A stretch of 64,000 nucleotides of DNA from an uncultured Chryseobacterium sp. GTDB taxonomy: Bacteria > Bacteroidota > Bacteroidia > Flavobacteriales_C > GCA-002722245. Shown here one piece after another: positions 1 to 8,747 of the stretch. Position 1 is the first letter of the stretch, and every line of letters begins with the position of its first letter. The translations under genes were made by a program, and so were the position numbers. The notes under the pieces were generated by a model that saw only the letters and a list, made by a program, of their open reading frames with translations, was not told where the DNA came from and searched no databases. The stretch spans positions 5,300-69,299 of the forward strand of contig CAYORT010000011.1 in assembly GCA_964406465.1 (NCBI GenBank). The letters are read 5' to 3'.

Positions 1-1895
1 CGTACCGGATATTTAGCTTTTAGCTCTTTCATCCAGTTTTCTTCCAAATAATTTTGATAAGCCGAAGTGATTAAACCTCTTGCCTCTTCAATTTTCTTAG
101 GTTGTGGAGTAACGATGTCTTCCACTCTAAACACGTAGAACATCTTAGCATTTTCAATTACATCCGACACTCCTTTTTTCCAAAAGAAATACCCTAAAGC
201 TGGATAATCTTCTTTGCTGTAAGTACCTTGTAATACACGCACATTCAATTGCGAACTCTTATTGATTTCTTCTAAGATTTGAGGAATTGTGCTGCCTTTT
301 TCTAGCATTGCTTTAACTTGGTTAGCCACTTCTGCATTGATACAGATGTATACATCTCCTTTGATTCTGCTAGGCCACATCCACTTGTCTTTGTTAGCAT
401 TGTAGAACTCTTTTAAGCCAGTAGTATCTTTGCTTGCTTTCGACCAAACTTTGGCATCGGTAATTTCAAACTTCAACATACCATCGCGATATTCCTTCAT
501 GGTAGCTCTAAACGCAGGGTAATTGGCCTCTAAATTTTTGTTCTCAAAGCCAAATACAATCTCGCGTTTGTAGGCATCATAATATTGGTTTACCAACTGT
601 TTGTATGTGTTGTTCTTACGAACACCTTCGTGGGTATAGATGTATTCAGCAAAATTTTTCTGAGTATATTTCTCTTTGCCTATTTGAAACAAAACCTTAT
701 TTAATGGCTCATTTGCTGGAACTTTCCACGCACCCATCACCAAAGTAGAATCGGTAATTTCGTACATTTTCTTCATGTTTTTTGGAAATTCCTTGAAGCC
801 ATTTTTCTTCATGATACGAGCATATACCACATCTTTACTTAAGTTACTTCTATCGTTTTTAGCGATAGCTCTTTTCAGCTCAGGCTGCATCTTTTCGAAA
901 CTATCCAATCCTTTTCTATCCAATAATTTAATGATATGCCAGCCATAAGCCGTTTTTGTTGGAATAGAAATTTCTCCTTTTTCTTTCAATGCAAATGAAG
1001 CATTCTCGAACTCTTTAGGGAATTTGTTCGGACCGAAAAATCCTAAATCACCACCTTTCTGTCCGGTTTGATAGTCTTCTGAAAGTCTAATCATCTCATC
1101 CCAAGTAGAACCAGCTTGCAACTTTCCGTAAATCTCGTTGATTCTTGCTTCTGCATTTTTGCTGTCTTCTTCAGTTGGATTTTCTTTCAAACGAATCATG
1201 ATGTGCGCTACTCTTACTTCACCTACCGAAGGACGCTTTTCATGTACTTTAATGATATGGTACCCAAATTTAGTGCGAACTGGTTTAGAGATACCTCCTA
1301 CTTCTGTGTTGTATGATGCGCTTTCAAACGGATAAACCATTCTCATTACAGAGAAAAAACCTAAATCTCCATTGTTTTGCTTTGCCGACGGGTCTTCAGA
1401 ATTGTCTTTCGCCAATTTACCAAAGTCCTCACCAGCCTTCGCTCTGTTCATTAACTCTATTGCTTTTTTGTAGGCTTTTAAGGTATCTTCTGGCATATCG
1501 TCGGGACGGCACAATACCAAAATATGACTAGCATGCACATCGTACTTCATTCTTTCATATGCCTCTTTCACCAATTCTTCATTTTCGGTTTTATCCACCA
1601 TATATGATTCAGCCAACTGATTTCTATAACCAGCCAACTCATCTTTAAACTTTTTACTGGTGTCTAAACCCTGACTCTCGGCTTCTTTAACGATCAAACG
1701 AAATTTAGTGTAAAGATCTAAGTACTCTTTCATCGATTCCTCTTTGGACTTAGTGGTATCTTGGAATGATGATTTTTTGTTGTACATCTGCAAAAACTCT
1801 TCAGAGCTAATTTGCTGATCTCCAATGGTAATTAGATTTTGTGCATTCACAAAAGCTGCGCTAAGCAGCAATGCAGATACTATTAACTTCTTCAT
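1..1895 (-). CDS. Peptidyl-prolyl cis-trans isomerase, SurA/PpiC-like, periplasmic. The gene starts at 1895 and its C-terminus runs off the window edge (3' partial).
   Basis: Continuous minus-strand reading frame from ATG 1893-1895 to position 1 with no stop. N-terminal signal peptide MKKLIVSALLLSAAFVNAQ. PPIC-type rotamase-like segments such as GGDLGFF, and the window-edge peptide reads YQNYLEENWMKELKAKYPV. It is absent from the ORF track only because its stop lies outside the window. Confidence 0.65.
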   Translation of the reverse strand, partial: MKKLIVSALLLSAAFVNAQNLITIGDQQISSEEFLQMYNKKSSFQDTTKSKEESMKEYLDLYTKFRLIVKEAESQGLDTSKKFKDELAGYRNQLAESYMVDKTENEELVKEAYERMKYDVHASHILVLCRPDDMPEDTLKAYKKAIELMNRAKAGEDFGKLAKDNSEDPSAKQNNGDLGFFSVMRMVYPFESASYNTEVGGISKPVRTKFGYHIIKVHEKRPSVGEVRVAHIMIRLKENPTEEDSKNAEARINEIYGKLQAGSTWDEMIRLSEDYQTGQKGGDLGFFGPNKFPKEFENASFALKEKGEISIPTKTAYGWHIIKLLDRKGLDSFEKMQPELKRAIAKNDRSNLSKDVVYARIMKKNGFKEFPKNMKKMYEITDSTLVMGAWKVPANEPLNKVLFQIGKEKYTQKNFAEYIYTHEGVRKNNTYKQLVNQYYDAYKREIVFGFENKNLEANYPAFRATMKEYRDGMLKFEITDAKVWSKASKDTTGLKEFYNANKDKWMWPSRIKGDVYICINAEVANQVKAMLEKGSTIPQILEEINKSSQLNVRVLQGTYSKEDYPALGYFFWKKGVSDVIENAKMFYVFRVEDIVTPQPKKIEEARGLITSAYQNYLEENWMKELKAKYPV

Positions 1896-1917
1896 TGTTC
1901 GTTTAGGTTTTAAAGTT

Positions 1918-3420
<1,503 letters not shown>

Positions 3421-3457
3421 TTAGTAAAAAAAGTGAGAGTAGAAACATTAAGTTTAA

Positions 3458-3494
3458 AGCAATAGCCCTCAGCTCAAGGCAAAAGGCTATTGCT
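3458..3494 (-). terminator. Hairpin (10-bp stem agcaatagcc/ggctattgct, 17-nt loop) downstream of the YD-repeat T9SS gene, and a possible terminator for it
   Basis: Perfect 10-bp inverted repeat seen directly in the sequence. The trailing U-tract on the minus strand is weak. Confidence 0.3.
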
Positions 3495-3515
3495 TATTAT
3501 TAACGTATGGATTAC

Positions 3516-4778
3516 CTACAGTTTAAATACTTTACCTGTGAATACTTTTTCGGAAGTAATTACTCTGTAAATATACGTGCCGCCAGCAAGATGTGCTAAG
3601 GAAAACGAATTACTGAACTGCAAATTAGCTTTCAAAACAATTTCTCCTTGCGCATCCACAAGCTCTAGATGACCTACAGCACTCTCAACTTTTAGCAAAT
3701 CACTCGTAGGATTAGGAAAAACCAACACTTTGTTGGGTTCATAGGCATAATGGGCCGACAAGCCTTCTCCAGAATAAAAATAATTCACTTTCTGACGCAC
3801 AACCCACTGTGAATTTTCGCTTTCCCAATCATAAGAGGTATGAGCAATTAAGATATTATTCTTTTCAAATTCAACATTTACAAATGATTTCGCATTCTCT
3901 TCTATCGTAAATTCTAAATCGTACAGATATTCATCTTTGAAGTAAGATTGCCATTGGTTGGCAATTGAATTCCAATAAAACTCTTGAATTGATGTCGTAT
4001 TTCCATTCAAATCATAGGCAAACTCAAACTTGGTTTGATTTTCCCACATCTTATGAACATCATCGAACTGCATTTTAACCTTTTCGATATTCTGATTAGA
4101 AGAATTGTATTGATAATTTACCTTTTCGTACGCCAACATCGTAGTATCGACCAAATCATGAGTAAAAGATACTTCTTCGACTAGATTATGATTTCCATCT
4201 GCTGTGTATACCGTTTTACTCGCTAAATCCCATTTATTTCCCACAAAATAGAATTCAGACTTCAACCTTTTATCTCCACCGATGGTGTAAAGGTATTCAA
4301 CCCTATAATCACCAATAAATATTTTTGTTGCGGTATCATACTCACTATACAACTCAAGCATCAACTCCCCTTTTACATTATAAGTATATTCAATTTTGTG
4401 TAACGGATAAAAAACTTGGTTTACATCACTCCATTGCCAAATGTTTTCTACTAATGCATTGCCCGCTTGATCGTACTGATATTCGTGCTTTATTTTACCA
4501 AATTCAGAAGAATCAATCTCCTCGATTAATTGTTGATTTGAATTAAAAATTTGTGATAGAATTGAACGCAAACCGTAATTGTTGTTATGATCAAAAGAGA
4601 AATCTTTGTATGAGTTTTTCAAGTGGGAGATTTCGTAGGAATAATAAATCCTTTGAATTGTATCTGCTTGATTATTATAAAACATAATGCTGATCATGCT
4701 ATCGAGACGGGCGGTCTTAGAAATTTGAGCATTAACTGCAAAGGAAATTAGCATTGAAAAAAGTAATAATCGTTTCAT
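3516..4778 (-). CDS. Secreted YD-repeat (RHS-like) protein with a T9SS type-A C-terminal sorting domain
   Basis: Signal peptide MKRLLLFSMLISFAVNAQ, start trimmed from the ORF-track TTG/ATG at 4835. Repeated xYxYDxxGN units (YQYDQAGN, YTADGNHN, FAYDLNGN). C-terminal Por tail ...FPNPTSDLLKV...GTYIYRVITSEKVFTGKVFKL. Confidence 0.55.
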   Translation of the reverse strand: MKRLLLFSMLISFAVNAQISKTARLDSMISIMFYNNQADTIQRIYYSYEISHLKNSYKDFSFDHNNNYGLRSILSQIFNSNQQLIEEIDSSEFGKIKHEYQYDQAGNALVENIWQWSDVNQVFYPLHKIEYTYNVKGELMLELYSEYDTATKIFIGDYRVEYLYTIGGDKRLKSEFYFVGNKWDLASKTVYTADGNHNLVEEVSFTHDLVDTTMLAYEKVNYQYNSSNQNIEKVKMQFDDVHKMWENQTKFEFAYDLNGNTTSIQEFYWNSIANQWQSYFKDEYLYDLEFTIEENAKSFVNVEFEKNNILIAHTSYDWESENSQWVVRQKVNYFYSGEGLSAHYAYEPNKVLVFPNPTSDLLKVESAVGHLELVDAQGEIVLKANLQFSNSFSLAHLAGGTYIYRVITSEKVFTGKVFKL

Positions 4779-4895
4779 AAAATGTTTAGTTAGTATTAAG
4801 TTGTTATTTTCAACAAACTTATACCTAATAGCCACCCAGCTATTATTACATTTTAGTATTGAAAGAAAATGATTTGCAGAATATGCAAAACAGTA

Positions 4896-6170
4896 TTACC
4901 TCCCCCCTGCAATCAACCTCACCATATTCTCTTTCACAAAATATTTGCGAGCGAGCGCTTGTAGTTCTTCTGCAGTGATAGTTTTAATGGTATCGATATA
5001 TTTTTGGTAGTAATCGTAGCCCAATTTAAATTGATGAATGCCCCAAAAACGGTCGCTTAATTCGAACGGACCATCAAGGTTTTTCAAAAACTTACCCAAC
5101 ATGTAAGTACGCACTTTCTCTAATTCTTCTTGTGGAATCAATTCTTCTCGCAACTTATCCATTTCCTTAAAAATTTCCACCATCGCCTTTTCTGCAATAT
5201 CACCTTTCACCTCAGTAGATACTATTAAACACGAGGCAACACTCATCGACTCTACATATGAGGAGATTCCGTAAGTCCAACCTTTATCTTCTCTTATATT
5301 ATTCATCAAACGTGAACCAAAATAGCCTCCAAAAACGGTGTTTAAAACCAAAATTCCGTAAAAGTCGGCACTGCCTTTCATTGGCAAATGGGTTGCAACT
5401 TTAATTGAACTTTGCATCGCATCTTTCTTCTCTACAAAATGATCGCCTGCTTGAATTTCAAACTTACTTTCGTAAGGAGCAAAATCCTTCTTTTCGATCT
5501 CTATACTTCCAAGCGTTGCATTAAGCAATTGAATTTCTTTGTCTCCAATCTTACCCGATAAGGTAATTTGTGCTGCCGACAAATTATAAAATTCATAAAA
5601 GGCAATGATATCTTCTCTGGTAATTTTATTGAAATCATCTTCGGTAGATACCCTTCCGTAAGGATGCCCCTTGAACAACAATTCATTTAGTTTTTTCTGC
5701 GCTATATAAGATACTTTCTCTATATCAACCATATAAGCAGATCGCTGATTTCTAATCAAGGTATCCAATTCATTTTGCGGGAAAGTCGGATTCAAAAGCA
5801 CATCTTTCAACACTTCTAATCCCTTGTCTAAATACTTGTTTAGAATATGCAAAGTGATGGTTGAAAAATCCTTAGCGTAATCAACATTCAAATAGCCACC
5901 ATAGAAATCAATCTCTTCTGAAATTTGAGCAGAAGTTCTATTCGATGTGCCTTCCATCAACATATGATTGGTTAAGAAGGCTTGAAAAGGTTTGCTTTGG
6001 CGAATGATACCCGCATCGAAATATATTTCTAAACGAACAATTTCTTGAGTACCTGCATTGATACAATACACTGGCACTCCGTTCTTCAAATTAATCTTTT
6101 CCGCCTCTTGAATTTTTATATCAAAAGTATTGCTAACCGCAGGTATTGGAAGTGTAGTAGTACTATACAT
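4896..6170 (-). CDS. M16 family peptidase subunit (pitrilysin-like, lacks the HxxEH motif, probably the non-catalytic partner)
   Basis: 424 aa with the M16 fold. It overlaps the upstream M16 gene by 8 bp, which suggests an operon and translational coupling. Confidence 0.7.
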   Translation of the reverse strand: MYSTTTLPIPAVSNTFDIKIQEAEKINLKNGVPVYCINAGTQEIVRLEIYFDAGIIRQSKPFQAFLTNHMLMEGTSNRTSAQISEEIDFYGGYLNVDYAKDFSTITLHILNKYLDKGLEVLKDVLLNPTFPQNELDTLIRNQRSAYMVDIEKVSYIAQKKLNELLFKGHPYGRVSTEDDFNKITREDIIAFYEFYNLSAAQITLSGKIGDKEIQLLNATLGSIEIEKKDFAPYESKFEIQAGDHFVEKKDAMQSSIKVATHLPMKGSADFYGILVLNTVFGGYFGSRLMNNIREDKGWTYGISSYVESMSVASCLIVSTEVKGDIAEKAMVEIFKEMDKLREELIPQEELEKVRTYMLGKFLKNLDGPFELSDRFWGIHQFKLGYDYYQKYIDTIKTITAEELQALARKYFVKENMVRLIAGGR

Positions 6171-7398
6171 TAGTGTAATTTAAACAGGTACAATTTTCTT
6201 TTCTTAATAGTTCTTTTGCTAATGTCATCACCTTATTCGGTGTAACAGAACTGTATTTTTCTTGCTGCTGATTCATCAATTTGGCATCTTCCAACAAATC
6301 GAAAAATGCTAAATTTTGCGCTTTGTTAAGCACGTTCATTTCTTGGTAAACCATGCTGGTTTCCGACTTATTCACCACTTTTCTAAGTTCATTTTCTGTT
6401 ACTCCACTAGCCAACAAATGATCAAACTCTTTTTGCAATGCATCCTTGGCTTCATCCATCTCCACATCATCAGAAAGCATGGCATGCACTACAAACAATC
6501 CGGGGTCATTACTACCTAAAACGTAAGTGCTTATCTCAGAGAACAACTGATTTTCTTTTACTAATTTTTGATACAAACGAGAAGAAGTACCTCGCGCTAA
6601 AATATCCGACAATAAATCTACAGCATAAAAATCGTCGTGATTTCTTTGCGCCATGTGATACACTTGGTAGAATGATTTAACAGGCACTTTCAACTCAGAA
6701 TTCACTTCTCTAAACTCTGTTTGTTTAGGTTCCATGCCGTATTGCTGACGCTTGATTTCTCCCGATGGAATGCCACCAAAATACTTTTCGGCCAAGGCAA
6801 AAATTTTCTCTTCTTCAACATCTCCTGCAAAAACTAAAGAAGCATTATTTGGCAAATAATATCGATAGAAAAAATCTTTAACATCTTGCAATTCGGCTTT
6901 TTCAATATGCTCTATCTTTTCGCCAATTGTGGCCCATTTGTAAGGGTGCACTTTGTAGGCAGTCGGACGAAGTTTTAACCATGTATCGCCATAAGGTTGA
7001 TTCAAATAACGTTGTTTAAATTCCTCTATCACCACATTTTTTTGAACATCTAAACTCTTTTGAGTGAAGGCCAATCCGCGCATTCTATCGGCTTCTAACC
7101 AAAAAGCCATCTCAATATTATCTTTCGGAAAAGACAAATAATAGTTGGTGTAATCGTTGGTTGTATAAGCGTTGCTGTCGCCCCCCATATTTTGCACATA
7201 CACATCAAAATCGGGCACAGCTGGTGTACCACCAAACATCAAGTGTTCGAAAAGATGCGCAAAGCCCGTCATAGATGGATCTTCATCTTTTGCGCCAACC
7301 TTGTATAAAATATTTAAAGCTGCCATTGGAGTTGAAGTATCGCGATGCGCAATTACTTTTAATCCGTTAGCCAATGTTTTCTCTTTGTAATTAATCAT
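6163..7398 (-). CDS. M16 family zinc peptidase (insulinase/pitrilysin-like), catalytic subunit
   Basis: HLFEHLMFGGT inverted zinc motif HxxEH. The ORF-track start at 7419 is a TTG, and the first ATG at 7398 (MINYKEK...) is more plausible. Confidence 0.75.
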   Translation of the reverse strand: MINYKEKTLANGLKVIAHRDTSTPMAALNILYKVGAKDEDPSMTGFAHLFEHLMFGGTPAVPDFDVYVQNMGGDSNAYTTNDYTNYYLSFPKDNIEMAFWLEADRMRGLAFTQKSLDVQKNVVIEEFKQRYLNQPYGDTWLKLRPTAYKVHPYKWATIGEKIEHIEKAELQDVKDFFYRYYLPNNASLVFAGDVEEEKIFALAEKYFGGIPSGEIKRQQYGMEPKQTEFREVNSELKVPVKSFYQVYHMAQRNHDDFYAVDLLSDILARGTSSRLYQKLVKENQLFSEISTYVLGSNDPGLFVVHAMLSDDVEMDEAKDALQKEFDHLLASGVTENELRKVVNKSETSMVYQEMNVLNKAQNLAFFDLLEDAKLMNQQQEKYSSVTPNKVMTLAKELLRKENCTCLNYTNV

Positions 7399-7413
7399 TT
7401 TTATTTGTTCAAT

Positions 7414-7495
7414 GTTCAATGTTTAATGTTCAATGTTAGCTAAGTTCAATTGCTGAATATTAAATACAGCGAACACTGAACATTAAACATTGAAC
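7414..7495. repeat. Long near-perfect inverted repeat with 24-bp arms (1 mismatch) and a 34-nt loop. The left arm is itself a tandem 13-mer doublet (aatgttcaatgtt x2).
   Basis: 7414-7437 gttcaatgtttaatgttcaatgtt is the reverse complement of 7472-7495 with one mismatch. It spans the NMO stop codon and ends 16 nt before the M16 start codon. No U-tract follows on the minus strand. Confidence 0.6.
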
Positions 7496-8421
7496 GATTT
7501 TCTCTTTTCATCAAATTCACTCATTATTTCCCTTACGATATCCCCAGCAGATTTAATTTCTTTGATGGTAGATGCAACCTGACCAATCTCTAACTCCCCC
7601 TCTTCCATGTCACCTTCAAACATACCTTTCTTTGCCCTTCCTCTTCCTAACAAAGCTTTTAACTCATCTGCACTTGCACCTTTTTGCTTGGCCTCCTCCA
7701 CCGTTTGAAAGAATTTATTCTTTATCAATCGAACGGGAGTGAGTTCCTTTAAGGTAAGCAAAGTTTCTCCTTCTTGGGTATGAATTACTTTATTTTTAAA
7801 ATTTTCGTGTGCCGACGACTCTAAAGAAGCAACAAATCTACTTCCTATTTGAACCCCTTCGGCACCCAAAGCAAATGCAGCCAACATGGCTTTGCCACTG
7901 GCTATGCCACCCGCTGCAATCACAGGAATTTTTACTACTTCTACCACTTGCGGCACAAGCACCATGGTGGTAGTTTCTTCTCTGCCATTGTGTCCGCCCG
8001 CCTCAAATCCTTCAGCTACTACCGCATCTACCCCAGCCTCTTCAGCTTTCTTAGCAAATTTCGCGCTCGACACTACATGAACAACCGTAATTCCTTTTTC
8101 TTTCAAAAAGGAAGTCCATGTTTTAGGATTACCCGCACTGCTAAAAACAATTTTTACTCCTTCTTCCACAATAATCTTCATCAATTCTTCAATATTGGGA
8201 TAAAGCAAAGGAACATTAACCGCAAAAGGTTTAGTAGTAGCTTGTTTACATTTTTGAATGTGTTCACGCAATACATCGGGATACATTGAGCCAGCACCAA
8301 TAATGCCTAATCCGCCAGCATTACTCACTGCTGAAGCCAAACGCCAACCACTGCACCAAACCATACCGGCTTGAATGAGAGGAAAATCAATGTTAAATAT
8401 TTGTGTTACCCTGGTCTTCAT
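7483..8421 (-). CDS. Nitronate monooxygenase / FabK-like enoyl-ACP reductase family flavoprotein (NMO/2-nitropropane dioxygenase fold)
   Basis: 312 aa. MKTRVTQIFNIDFPLIQAGM..GGLGIIGAG is typical of the NPD/FabK TIM-barrel FMN proteins. Confidence 0.75.
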   Translation of the reverse strand: MKTRVTQIFNIDFPLIQAGMVWCSGWRLASAVSNAGGLGIIGAGSMYPDVLREHIQKCKQATTKPFAVNVPLLYPNIEELMKIIVEEGVKIVFSSAGNPKTWTSFLKEKGITVVHVVSSAKFAKKAEEAGVDAVVAEGFEAGGHNGREETTTMVLVPQVVEVVKIPVIAAGGIASGKAMLAAFALGAEGVQIGSRFVASLESSAHENFKNKVIHTQEGETLLTLKELTPVRLIKNKFFQTVEEAKQKGASADELKALLGRGRAKKGMFEGDMEEGELEIGQVASTIKEIKSAGDIVREIMSEFDEKRKSFNV

Positions 8422-8542
8422 CTATGCGATAAGCATAGTTATAAATTTTTGAGGAGTTGGGCAATTAAAAATTTTAAACTTTGGAGTACTTCATCAAGAA
8501 AATAAGCACCTAAATTTTCCACGAAATTGAAATCAGAAAACA

Positions 8543-8743
8543 CTACTTTTTCCTGAAGTAATTGAAAATTAAGTACACTAAATTTAAAATAGCAAGAAGA
8601 TAAACTACTGCGCTCGCATAAAGCGTGAAATACACTAAATGAACATTTACATCAAAATCATTTTCAATCAAAAGGTAAATGACAGTTGAATACAAGAACC
8701 AAATCGCTCCAAAAATCAAAAAGAAGTATTTCTTTACAAACAT
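8543..8743 (-). CDS. Small two-TM membrane protein (hypothetical)
   Basis: The 67-aa version from the internal Met avoids overlap with the upstream gene and has two strongly hydrophobic helices. No homology is recognisable by eye. Confidence 0.25.
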   Translation of the reverse strand: MFVKKYFFLIFGAIWFLYSTVIYLLIENDFDVNVHLVYFTLYASAVVYLLAILNLVYLIFNYFRKK

Positions 8744-8747
8744 AATG

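Noticed and set aside
1116-1531. Three short plus-strand ORFs (66-72 aa)
   Set aside because: They are embedded antisense in the long, partial PPIase gene that runs off the window edge. The ORF track omits that gene only because its stop lies outside the window.
7849-8289. 146-aa and 64-aa plus-strand ORFs inside the NMO/FabK-like gene
   Set aside because: They are antisense to a well-supported conserved enzyme gene and have a His/Phe/Tyr-rich composition typical of a reverse frame.
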